Below, piece after piece: positions 14,838 through 23,004 of a DNA stretch of 29,012 nt. The notes under the pieces were generated by a model. It did no database searches. It saw nothing but the letters and a program-made list of their open reading frames with translations, and was not told the origin of the DNA. The DNA lies in IMG/VR virus record IMGVR_UViG_3300033178_000167, positions 1 to 29,012 of that record; one strand, written 5' to 3'. Both the position numbers and the translations under genes were made by a program. Position 1 is the stretch's first letter, and each line of letters opens with the position of its first letter. Source of the DNA: a virus.

Positions 14838-15217
14838 CAAATAACCCCCTCCACTCGCTTATTTCTGGTTAAATGATGAGCATTATCTAAACTGGCTTTT
14901 TGTAAGATATATCGGTGCCCTGTGACTTTACTCAATCCCTGTTTTCGTAATTGATAGGCAACACCACGAACATTATGCCCTAACTCGTCAGCTATTTCTT
15001 TCTGAGTCAAACCCTGCCCGTGGAGTTCTTTAAGCCGGTTCACATCTTCGGATGACCATGAGTTCTTTTTAGTTGCTAATTCAAGGACGGTCACCCTTTT
15101 GGCTATGCTGCTCCTTGTTCGGTTTAGGATGGTGCCCAGTTCTTCATAGGTGTGGTCGGGGTATAGTTTGATGAGTTGTTCATCTTCTGTGGTTGTCCAA
15201 CGCTTAGCCATACTCAT
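14837..15217 (-). CDS. Tandem Myb/HTH-like DNA-binding protein
   Basis: RWTTTEDEQL...EELG.ILNRT.SSI and SWSSEDVNRLKEL...TQKEIADELG repeats. Confidence 0.75.
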   Translation of the reverse strand: MSMAKRWTTTEDEQLIKLYPDHTYEELGTILNRTRSSIAKRVTVLELATKKNSWSSEDVNRLKELHGQGLTQKEIADELGHNVRGVAYQLRKQGLSKVTGHRYILQKASLDNAHHLTRNKRVEGVI

Positions 15218-15474
15218 TGCCCCCAGTGTACTCCAGTACATGGTTGGTTTCCAGGGTTACGGGTTACATTCAAGTCTTCATCTACAAAGCCCATCATAGA
15301 CCGTAACTCTAACGCTCCTTGGAATGAGAGTTTGTCTTCTATGGTTTTGAAGGTTAATCCAAGGCACCCGTCTTCCATGATGCACAGTATGGCAGTGCCT
15401 GGTAGTGTTATCCCAGTCTTAGCATGGAATAAGTCGTGGTAGTGTTTGATTAACCCGTTCATTGCGTTACTCAT
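15214..15474 (-). CDS. Hypothetical protein
   Basis: 86 aa, coupled. Confidence 0.65.
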   Translation of the reverse strand: MSNAMNGLIKHYHDLFHAKTGITLPGTAILCIMEDGCLGLTFKTIEDKLSFQGALELRSMMGFVDEDLNVTRNPGNQPCTGVHWGQ

Positions 15475-15680
15475 TCTGATATGCCCCCTGCTAGTTCCAT
15501 CTCCTTAGTGGTGGCGGTGTTGTTTTTCCTCCACGGACATGATTGGTGGCATGGTTCACTCTGGCAGTCTTCGGTTCCGGTGACTGGGTTGAGTCCATGT
15601 TGCCATCGTACCTCATTACACCTGCATTCGTGTTGTCTTTCCTGGAGGCTTATCTCACGCTCCCAACTGAGAACCATCAT
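15471..15680 (-). CDS. Cys-rich hypothetical protein
   Basis: 69 aa with HECRC...C..EPC...CPW. Confidence 0.6.
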   Translation of the reverse strand: MMVLSWEREISLQERQHECRCNEVRWQHGLNPVTGTEDCQSEPCHQSCPWRKNNTATTKEMELAGGISE

Positions 15681-15814
15681 TCCACCTCATTGGAAGCAAT
15701 TATATCCATTACGCAGTGTGCCTTATAATCAGGGTCATCCACTGGTAAGGTCGCCATGTATGCTTTTATTGCTTGTTTCAAATCCTCTCCAAGTTTTATT
15801 TTTATTATTCTCAT
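15677..15814 (-). CDS. Hypothetical microprotein (45 aa)
   Basis: MRIIKIKLGEDLKQAIKAY...; GGGGTGA SD. Confidence 0.55.
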   Translation of the reverse strand: MRIIKIKLGEDLKQAIKAYMATLPVDDPDYKAHCVMDIIASNEVE

Positions 15815-15976
15815 TTAAATCACCCCTATTTCATGCAACGCCCTAACATCTGATTGACAAAACAAACATAAACCAAGGAATACTACCCCAACAAAACAGG
15901 TCACCCAAACCCACGGAGGTATAAGGATGTACCATGGGGTGCGTGGTTTTTGTTTGAAAAGGTCTCTTTTAGTCAT
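15815..15976 (-). CDS. Single-TM microprotein (53 aa)
   Basis: MTKRDLFKQKPRTPWYILIPPWVWVTCFVGVVFLGLCLF... Confidence 0.5.
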   Translation of the reverse strand: MTKRDLFKQKPRTPWYILIPPWVWVTCFVGVVFLGLCLFCQSDVRALHEIGVI

Positions 15977-16169
15977 AATAATCCCCCCCTGCCTCTTCTA
16001 ACATTCCTAAACCCTCGGCATAGCATTCTAAATCAGATTCTGAGATTTGATTATTTTCTAAGGTTTCAATCCTTCTTTCTAATTTTTTAATCCGTTTAAA
16101 AAGGTCATGGATTAATTCTTCGGTTGTCATGTGATGGTTTTCCAAATAATCCATACTATCAATGTTCAT
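15969..16169 (-). CDS. Coiled-coil hypothetical protein
   Basis: 66 aa; LFKRIKKLERRIETLE heptads. Confidence 0.7.
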   Translation of the reverse strand: MNIDSMDYLENHHMTTEELIHDLFKRIKKLERRIETLENNQISESDLECYAEGLGMLEEAGGDYYD

Positions 16170-16331
16170 TCATTCCACCTCTGCTGCTATTGTTTTTTGT
16201 TGTCGGTGCAGGTCCCCGATTTCACGGGCTTCCTGCATTATCAGTTCCCCTAATTTCTCTACCTTTTGACAAGCCCTTTCCTGGCGTTTCTGCCGTTCAG
16301 CTTCCCTTCGTAAATGATTCCAAACTCCCAT
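16170..16331 (-). CDS. Helical microprotein (53 aa)
   Basis: MGVWNHLRREAERQKRQE...; coupled on both sides. Confidence 0.55.
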   Translation of the reverse strand: MGVWNHLRREAERQKRQERACQKVEKLGELIMQEAREIGDLHRQQKTIAAEVE

Positions 16332-16442
16332 TTAGATCCCTTCTTCATGAGCAGTGGGTTTCCCAAAAGCACTGTAATCTATTATGATCGGTTCGATGTC
16401 ATCCCAGTCCATGTCTTCAACACTTATATTTTTAGTTTGCAT
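16332..16442 (-). CDS. Acidic microprotein (36 aa), first gene of an early operon
   Basis: MQTKNISVEDMDWDDIEP...; GGAG SD. Confidence 0.5.
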   Translation of the reverse strand: MQTKNISVEDMDWDDIEPIIIDYSAFGKPTAHEEGI

Positions 16443-16582
16443 GTTTTTCCACTCCTACAATGTTTTTTTACAGCCCCCCACTGCCTTAGTTGGCTGTAGG
16501 AGTGCCGGGGGTTGGAAAAAAAGTAGTTCCCCGGCTTTGCAGATTGAAATAAGTTTCACCTCTGCCAATCTATACTTAGTAT

Positions 16583-16620
16583 CTATTAGTATATATAATT
16601 TTCTAATAGGGTTCTATTAG
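16583..16620 (-). promoter_or_regulatory. TATA box flanked by CTAATAG/CTATTAG operator-like sites
   Basis: Minus-strand AATTATATAT at 16591-16600; IR CTAATAG-GGTT-CTATTAG at 16603-16620; extra half-site at 16583-16589. Confidence 0.5.
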
Positions 16621-16882
16621 AATATATCTTTGCAGTTTCAAGTCATCGTGGATGGTTTGTTTTTCAGGGTTCACATGTAATCTATGTGATGGCTGTGGTA
16701 AAAAAAGGTTAGTATGTGGGGGAATGGTTGGTGTTTTTGGCCCGACCATCATCTTGATGGGTTTGGCGTTTACACCGTCCATGTTGTTTAGGTATGCCTA
16801 AAAAATAGTATATTGGTCTTTCTAGATAAGAAGGGTGTGGGTGTTTCTTACCCTTTCAGTTTTAGGTATGGTTAAAAAATAG

Positions 16883-17131
16883 TTATGCAAATATACATTC
16901 CAATTCATGAACGATTATTGCATCTTCCCTAACATCAATGGCAATTTCCCATCCAAATAATTCATCCTGGACCCATTCAAACGTTAATTCTATTTCTTCA
17001 AGTGGCACTAACATTGCACATTCCTTACTTATGAACTTCTGCATTGATTCTTTATCTTTTTTAATTTCATGTGTTTTTTTAACTTTGTATATTGGTGGCA
17101 TATTCTTTTTCCTCCCAAATCCCCACATCAC
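16883..17131 (-). CDS. Hypothetical protein
   Basis: 82 aa. Confidence 0.65.
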   Translation of the reverse strand: MMWGFGRKKNMPPIYKVKKTHEIKKDKESMQKFISKECAMLVPLEEIELTFEWVQDELFGWEIAIDVREDAIIVHELECIFA

Positions 17132-17377
17132 TCAAATCTTACTAATATTCATAACCTTTTTACACATTGGACAGAACTCAGAAATATCATCATCATGTGT
17201 GAAAGTATGTACTCCAACATACCCACAATTATAACAATGAAATTCAACACTCATAATCCCCATGCTTTGGAGTTCAATATCCATTAATTTGATTTGGTCG
17301 TATTGTATTGCAGATATGATGTTGTTTAAGAGTTTTATTGTTTCATCTTTCCCGAATTGATATTGTATCCCTACCAT
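17132..17377 (-). CDS. Zn-ribbon protein
   Basis: CYNC...CPMC. Confidence 0.7.
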   Translation of the reverse strand: MVGIQYQFGKDETIKLLNNIISAIQYDQIKLMDIELQSMGIMSVEFHCYNCGYVGVHTFTHDDDISEFCPMCKKVMNISKI

Positions 17378-17380
17378 TGT

Positions 17381-17581
17381 TTATTCCCCCACTTCTAATT
17401 TTAGTTTTAATCCTTCTCGGCAATCCTTACACAACCATAATAAACCATGTCCTCTATTCCTATATTTTGTTATAAAATAAATCTCGGTTTTTGTTAAGTT
17501 GGTGTGCCCATTGCATAAATCACAATCCCCATATGTTTCATGTATTTTTTGGGATTTTAAGAGTTTCCCAGTTTCACCCAT
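17381..17581 (-). CDS. Zn-finger microprotein
   Basis: CDLC...LWLCKDC. Confidence 0.7.
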   Translation of the reverse strand: MGETGKLLKSQKIHETYGDCDLCNGHTNLTKTEIYFITKYRNRGHGLLWLCKDCREGLKLKLEVGE

Positions 17582-17608
17582 GTTATTTCCCCCTAATCTT
17601 TAACAGGT

Positions 17609-17743
17609 TCAATCTCCTTTTTGTAAAATACTAACTTCCAACACAACGCCCGGTTCTAATTCAAACTCTTTAATAACCTCAGCGGGGATGGTTATGTCGC
17701 CTTTTTTACGCATACGGGTTGTGAAAGTAATAGGAAAGTTCAT
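17609..17743 (-). CDS. AbrB/MazE/SpoVT-family DNA-binding protein (44 aa)
   Basis: MNFPITFTTRMRKKGDITIPAEVIKEFELEPGVVLEVSIL fits the G.ITIP.E.R..L.L.PG..L pattern; missing from the track. Confidence 0.75.
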   Translation of the reverse strand: MNFPITFTTRMRKKGDITIPAEVIKEFELEPGVVLEVSILQKGD

Positions 17744-17961
17744 TAATAATCTCTCCGTTTGATTATTTGCCCTTCATTATTATTAGTTACTAAATTCACA
17801 TCAAAAGAGATTCCTCCTGGAGCCCTTAGACGATACCATTCTATACAGCGGGAGCCACTACAAATTAAATCAATTTTTGTAGCTTTATAATCATGCCTTT
17901 CACACCAACTGCTAAAACTTTCATTATATAATTTTTGTTGTCCTTCAACTATTTTAGTCAT
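17743..17961 (-). CDS. Hypothetical protein
   Basis: 72 aa; first gene left of the divergence point. Confidence 0.7.
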   Translation of the reverse strand: MTKIVEGQQKLYNESFSSWCERHDYKATKIDLICSGSRCIEWYRLRAPGGISFDVNLVTNNNEGQIIKRRDY

Positions 17962-18174
17962 TTCATATCACCATTTATATATAAGCCCTTCATTCTTTAT
18001 ATGTTTTTCCCTATGGTGCCTTTTATAAAACCTACTTCGTTAAACTAATGCTTACCGAAGTTCAACTGTACGGAATTTCCGAACAGTTCAACCCAAAACC
18101 ACAAAGTATATAAGTGAGTAACTACAATGTAATAGTAGAGAAAGTTTAGAAATATAAAAAAAGTTGGTGAAAAA
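17962..18174. promoter_or_regulatory. Divergent promoter region with operator-like palindromes
   Basis: TATA-like boxes at 17975-17984, 18021-18030 and 18108-18114; 25-bp near-perfect palindrome at 18064-18088. Confidence 0.6.
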
Positions 18175-18390
18175 ATGGTAAATGAAATATACAAAAAAAT
18201 GGCAGAAGAACACGGCTTTAAAAACCCAGTACAAATCGCAGTAGACTATGGAGTACTTGATGGAAAAGATGTCCAAAGCACTGACATCCTAAACCTTGTT
18301 GATGAAACTGAAAAAGCTGTGAAAGTCAAAGACCCTAACGGGAACACAGCGTGGTTGCCTAAATCCAGAATTGAAATTGAAGAGATTTAA
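18175..18390 (+). CDS. Conserved phage hypothetical protein
   Basis: ETEKAV.V......WLPKS.I motif; GGTGA SD. Confidence 0.7.
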   Translation: MVNEIYKKMAEEHGFKNPVQIAVDYGVLDGKDVQSTDILNLVDETEKAVKVKDPNGNTAWLPKSRIEIEEI

Positions 18391-18403
18391 AGGGGGAATT
18401 GAA

Positions 18404-18667
18404 ATGGATATGAAACTATGGAATTTCCTGGAAAGAATACAAACAATCAAAAATAAAGTGATATATTTTGAAAACTATGGGGAACGTGATGTTCCTGAAG
18501 GAGATCCCGAATCAGTATATCTTGAAATCAATGTGGAAGATGCTGACAGTGAAACCATTGAGGGAAGCTATATTCTATCTGCTGAAAACAAGGATAAACT
18601 CATGGGCTATGTGGGAAATATGAAAAAAGAATACTTTGAAGGGGAGGAAATAGTTGAAAACTGGTGA
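18404..18667 (+). CDS. Hypothetical acidic protein
   Basis: Track ORF 18371..18667; GGGGGA SD favours the ATG at 18404. Confidence 0.7.
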   Translation: MDMKLWNFLERIQTIKNKVIYFENYGERDVPEGDPESVYLEINVEDADSETIEGSYILSAENKDKLMGYVGNMKKEYFEGEEIVENW

Positions 18668-18830
18668 AAAGGATTGGGCTGATGTGAAGGTGGGTGTTCG
18701 GAGGAGCACCCACAAACGCCTTAAACAAATCATGAAGTATGGAGATACATTCGATTCAATAATTAATCAGATTATAGATGAAAACGAAACCCTTAAAAGA
18801 CGATTAGAAACGGAAAGTGGAGGAGAATAA
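18654..18830 (+). CDS. Ribbon-helix-helix-like DNA-binding protein (58 aa)
   Basis: MKTGEKDWADVKVGVRRSTHKRLKQIMKYGDTFDSIINQIIDE resembles archaeal RHH/CopG-like proteins; GGAGG SD, TTG start; missing from the track. Confidence 0.65.
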   Translation: MKTGEKDWADVKVGVRRSTHKRLKQIMKYGDTFDSIINQIIDENETLKRRLETESGGE

Positions 18831-18832
18831 AA

Positions 18833-19015
18833 ATGAGAATAAAAGAAATTAAAAAAAGAATGAATAATGATTTTTGGGCGGTTTATGAATGTGAGCACTG
18901 TGGATATATAACTGACGAAATAGCAGGCTATGATGATGTTAATTTCCACAAGAACGTGATTCCAAACATGGAATGTAAAAAGTGTGGATTAAAAAGTGGG
19001 GGTGACACTGGCTGA
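18833..19015 (+). CDS. Conserved phage Zn-ribbon protein
   Basis: DF.A.YECEHCG...GYDD..FH..VIP.M.C..CG. Confidence 0.75.
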   Translation: MRIKEIKKRMNNDFWAVYECEHCGYITDEIAGYDDVNFHKNVIPNMECKKCGLKSGGDTG

Positions 19016-19111
19016 CGCGGTGATTGAAGAAAAAAAATAGGGGAGAGAAATAGCCCAAAAGGCACATTCTCTCCCAAATAATACTTTGCTTATTTTGTTT
19101 TAATGTTTTAT

Positions 19112-19984
19112 TCACGTCCTGCCGTCGTCTGAATTTATCCACGCCTCGTCGATAACCACCGGCTTAGCATAACTACTGCACCAGTAACTCCCAATACTGT
19201 AATCACTACTTGCAGCCGCTGCTAAATCCACATTAACCCAGTTACTCCCCAATTCTTTACCACGGACTTTTAAAATGATATGCCCTCCAGATTTGCAGGT
19301 TACACGGCAATAAAGGGCTTCGTAGTCCATGTCTTCGGCCACTGCTTTCCCTAACTGGCTGTGGTCGGTGCAGTTGAGGGGTTGGTTGTTTGCTAAGCGT
19401 TGAATCTCTTGTTGTTGGTTATATATATCGTTATAGTATCCCTGCCATGTTTTTGCTTTGATTCGGTTATAATACTCGGTGAAGGTGTTATAGGTGCCTA
19501 CGGCTTTTTCCACGGCTTGGTGAAATGGTGTTTTATTGGTTTGGAATAGGTTGTAGAGTGTTACATAGTTCGGTAGTGCTTTGTTTTCATGGTACCATGC
19601 TAATACACGGCTAAAAGTGTATATAACATCATAGAATGATAGTTGTCCATATTTAGTGGTGTAAAGTGTTGGAGCATAACCATTACCCTTTATGAAGTTG
19701 TTAATCTCCTTGGCTAATTGGACGTAGTCCTGTTTTTGTAGTTGTGCCCCATCCTGGATATTACCGTTTATTTGTAGGGGGTTGGGGTAACTATCAGTGA
19801 GTATATCAAGTGGTTTGGGCTTAGTTAGTTCAACAACACTCGCACATACCATCCTGAGAAACGAAGCCCGGTTCACCTGCACGCCACCAATTGTGATTAA
19901 TTCTGGTAGGTATTTGTTTCCTTGTATGAAGTTCCGGACATCTACACTTGCCTTTGCCACTTCGGTTATTGTTTTAGTTGTTAT
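19112..19984 (-). CDS. pei: Pseudomurein endoisopeptidase (PeiW/PeiP-like endolysin, peptidase C71) with N-terminal pseudomurein-binding repeats
   Basis: PMB-like repeats (V.NFI..N..LP..I.I; I.NFI..NG.AP; LAWY..N..LPNYV). Catalytic YYND...LNCTD.SQL...GH.IL.V.G.EL...VD (C197/H227/D245 counted from the track GTG at 19960). Start probably ATA at 19984. Confidence 0.88.
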   Translation of the reverse strand: MTTKTITEVAKASVDVRNFIQGNKYLPELITIGGVQVNRASFLRMVCASVVELTKPKPLDILTDSYPNPLQINGNIQDGAQLQKQDYVQLAKEINNFIKGNGYAPTLYTTKYGQLSFYDVIYTFSRVLAWYHENKALPNYVTLYNLFQTNKTPFHQAVEKAVGTYNTFTEYYNRIKAKTWQGYYNDIYNQQQEIQRLANNQPLNCTDHSQLGKAVAEDMDYEALYCRVTCKSGGHIILKVRGKELGSNWVNVDLAAAASSDYSIGSYWCSSYAKPVVIDEAWINSDDGRT

Positions 19985-20106
19985 ATTACCATTCCTCCTT
20001 ATAGTGGTGTGTTTCAGATCTCGAGATCACACGAATATAATATGTGTGAAAATGAAAAAATTTAAAAATAAAGACAGCTAATGTAATTATATAGGGGTGA
20101 TAGTTT

Positions 20107-20295
20107 ATGTCAAATGGAAATGAAAGGGAAAAAGCATTATTCTTTAGATTGTTAGGGGCTACATTATTACTCCCCTCACTGATGAATTTAGATAAGTATA
20201 TTGGGATAATCCTTTCAATTACCGGGGTAATCCTGTTCAGTTATGGTTTGAAAGTTGAATTAGAAAAAAAACATAAATCAAATATAACCTCTTAA
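20107..20295 (+). CDS. Small 2-TM membrane protein, antisense moron-like
   Basis: GGGGTGA SD, TATA-like AATTATATA upstream, two hydrophobic helices, basic tail. Confidence 0.6.
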   Translation: MSNGNEREKALFFRLLGATLLLPSLMNLDKYIGIILSITGVILFSYGLKVELEKKHKSNITS

Positions 20296-20296
20296 T

Positions 20297-20518
20297 TCAA
20301 CCCATACCTGTACCATTTATATTCATTAGTTTTTCAATATCAGGTGAAGGTTGAACAATGTATATTTCTTTATTATCAATAGTTACCTTCAACTCCTGTT
20401 CTCCATTGTCCTTTAAGAAACCAATCACTAATTCAGGGTCTTTAACTATTTTTTTTAATTTTGTTTCATCTTTGAGGATTAGTTCAAAGTCTTGTTTCTT
20501 AACATCAACACTCACCAT
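20297..20518 (-). CDS. Hypothetical protein at the end of the tail module
   Basis: 73 aa with SD. Confidence 0.65.
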   Translation of the reverse strand: MVSVDVKKQDFELILKDETKLKKIVKDPELVIGFLKDNGEQELKVTIDNKEIYIVQPSPDIEKLMNINGTGMG

Positions 20519-20536
20519 TTTACCACCATTTAATTT

Positions 20537-21325
20537 CTAAATTTCAGTGATTGGCGGGAAGTAAAGCATTAAACAAAGCACACTTACACCACCACTCCAA
20601 ACAGCCCCGTCCCGCCTCATTACTCTGATTGAAAAACTTCCCCTATCCTCTGATATGTCTCCAATATTGGCATAATAATCATCTAGTAATGAGCCATAAA
20701 CATTACAGTTTGGGATTGTGTGTACCGATTCTTCATTAAAGGGTAAGGATACTGTTAAGGACCCTGCCGGACTGCTACCATCATTTGTTACCACATAATA
20801 TTTCCCATATACCCTTGGTGCGGCTATGAAATTACCAGAAGGGAAAATTGCAGAAGATTTGACAGTCCAATTGTCAATCGGGTTGATTTTAAGGTAATCC
20901 ATTGCCACCCAATCTGTTTCTGCCAGTGTGGGATGTGATTTAACTAGAATCCTGTATTGATTGTTTTCACTGAAATTCAGAAAACCCGCCCCATTCCCGG
21001 CTTTGGGTGAAACTGAATCTACCCAACGGATAGTGCGTGATGTCAAACTTTGATTGCCATCTGCATCTTTTTTCCAATACTCAATCAAAAGCCCAGGCTT
21101 TTCATTAGTTAGGTTACTGAACCAACGGCAGGTTAATACGTGAGCACCATTCCACGCATTGAAATCAGACCACCCTGTATCCATTATTTTCTGATTAGGA
21201 CCATATACCCCGGATTCTTCACCACCCCGTGCATCAGGGTTTGATATAGGTGTGGAATCATCCCCACTGTATACTGTTGAATCTATTACATTGAAAATAT
21301 TCCTATGCACCCCTTCCGATCCCAT
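20537..21325 (-). CDS. Putative tail/adhesin-associated beta-rich protein
   Basis: 262 aa rich in W/G/S/N; position in the tail operon. Confidence 0.6.
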   Translation of the reverse strand: MGSEGVHRNIFNVIDSTVYSGDDSTPISNPDARGGEESGVYGPNQKIMDTGWSDFNAWNGAHVLTCRWFSNLTNEKPGLLIEYWKKDADGNQSLTSRTIRWVDSVSPKAGNGAGFLNFSENNQYRILVKSHPTLAETDWVAMDYLKINPIDNWTVKSSAIFPSGNFIAAPRVYGKYYVVTNDGSSPAGSLTVSLPFNEESVHTIPNCNVYGSLLDDYYANIGDISEDRGSFSIRVMRRDGAVWSGGVSVLCLMLYFPPITEI

Positions 21326-21326
21326 T

Positions 21327-23003
21327 TTATATCACCTCATACACATATTCTAGATTGTTGAATACGATATTTGTATTTTTATCCCCATGTATTTTGATTC
21401 CAAGCCTTAAAGCCATGTACATGTCAATACCTTCATATCCAAGGTTGAAAGTATTCCTGGTTAACATCCCTTGAGGGGTTGTGTCATATGCTGTTTTCTT
21501 TTGTTCAGTTACTGTGAGGTATCGGGGCCGTTTGAATCCATCACCATTACTGTATAAAATTGTTGTATCATTCTCTCCAGGAGTGTCCGGACTTACCCCC
21601 GTACTACTAAATGATTCTTCTCCTGCTAAAAATCCGGGGGTGGGATATGTTGCCATGTACGGATAATATCTGACAAAATCATAATCTGCATTAATAGCAG
21701 CCGGTGTTTCCCTTGCGGTTAATCCGAAATAACCGGTATTGAGGGGGCCATCTGCATCTATACTGTACAATATTTGTGTTCCATCATAGAAGATTTGAAT
21801 TATATTTGTCAGCCCTGATTTTCTTATCTGAATTTTATAGTCATGCCAGTTACTGTCAAGTGTGAAATCGTACATGGAAAGGGTGATTGGTGTTCCGTTC
21901 ACATATTTTGTGAGAACAAATCTTGCAGGGCTTGACCATCCAGTGTATTGGAAGAAATATCCAGTGTTTGGGGGGTCTCCTGCCCCCGATAATGTTCCAT
22001 TCCAACTGAATACGAATTCAATGTTTTGTTGTTTCCTTGCTTTGAACTCAAAAATATATGGTGCTGTGTATTGGTTTTTTGTCCTTAAATAAATCCTGTT
22101 AGTCCCATCACTGTTAACTCGCAGTATTCCCCCTGTTTCAGTTATGCTGCCTCCACCGCCACTAACAATCTGCCATTTATCGGGGTTGATAATGTTATCA
22201 TCAAAATCATCTGCAAAACTAAATACACTGTCTATATTGCTATGTAGGGTTGCAGAAGCGTTTCCATAGTACATGAAAATTCCAGTTGTAGCATACGGAT
22301 AGGGATAGTTAATCCAAAAATCAGCAGTGGTCCCCGAGGTGTAACTATGCCTATAACTGCAAATAGGTGTTCGGCCATCAGGGCCAGTGAATCTAACATC
22401 ACTGAAATCAGTTTTCATCCCAGAAACATAATTGACAGTCAGTTTCACTGGAAAACTTGTAATACTATATTCCTCACTTCCCTTAATGATGTTTTGTCCT
22501 TTTCTTTTTGTCCATCCGTTTAACCAGACAGGTTTCAGTATTATACTTTCATAATTCATCCAAGGTTTGGGTAGTCTTATCCCTACCTTTCCAGCTGGGG
22601 CTGTTACATCTGTTTTAATTAGTGTTGCAATTCCCCTGGCATTCATAAGGTCAAATGATATATCCTCAGTTAAGGGGGAACTTGGCAAACTTGTTACAAG
22701 ACTTTCATTTATTAGTTCACTTGTACCATTTGTGAGGATTCCTTCAAGTGTAATGGTTGCATAAAAATCTGTTGGAGGTGTGGTATTGTAACTTCTCGTC
22801 CATTTCAATTTGACATTATTCCACGCAAAATTTGAAAGGAGTGGTGGGGCAAAGGTGTATTTGAAGAATCCATCTTGCATCTCCTGGTTTTCAGGGTCTG
22901 GATGGTACACTGCCCCCATTTGGTCATTGTATATAAATTTGTCATGAGTTAATCCTTGTTGGATTAAATGTGAACCTGGTATTATTATCCGATTAGCTAC
23001 CAT
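21327..23003 (-). CDS. Tail adhesin/receptor-binding protein with DUF2341 and ConA/LamG-like domains
   Basis: MKTDFSDVRFT..DG.T....W.....IFMYYGN.SA......VFSFADDFDD (DUF2341) followed by WHDYKI...YDG...GYFGL..DYDFVR (lectin-like); ATG at 23003. Confidence 0.7.
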   Translation of the reverse strand: MVANRIIIPGSHLIQQGLTHDKFIYNDQMGAVYHPDPENQEMQDGFFKYTFAPPLLSNFAWNNVKLKWTRSYNTTPPTDFYATITLEGILTNGTSELINESLVTSLPSSPLTEDISFDLMNARGIATLIKTDVTAPAGKVGIRLPKPWMNYESIILKPVWLNGWTKRKGQNIIKGSEEYSITSFPVKLTVNYVSGMKTDFSDVRFTGPDGRTPICSYRHSYTSGTTADFWINYPYPYATTGIFMYYGNASATLHSNIDSVFSFADDFDDNIINPDKWQIVSGGGGSITETGGILRVNSDGTNRIYLRTKNQYTAPYIFEFKARKQQNIEFVFSWNGTLSGAGDPPNTGYFFQYTGWSSPARFVLTKYVNGTPITLSMYDFTLDSNWHDYKIQIRKSGLTNIIQIFYDGTQILYSIDADGPLNTGYFGLTARETPAAINADYDFVRYYPYMATYPTPGFLAGEESFSSTGVSPDTPGENDTTILYSNGDGFKRPRYLTVTEQKKTAYDTTPQGMLTRNTFNLGYEGIDMYMALRLGIKIHGDKNTNIVFNNLEYVYEVI

Positions 23004-23004
23004 T

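Noticed and set aside
16830-16860. Resemblance of the GGGT..GGGTGT...TACCCT hairpin to the one at 84-104
   Set aside because: Short and only partly similar; most simply explained as independent terminator-like stems.
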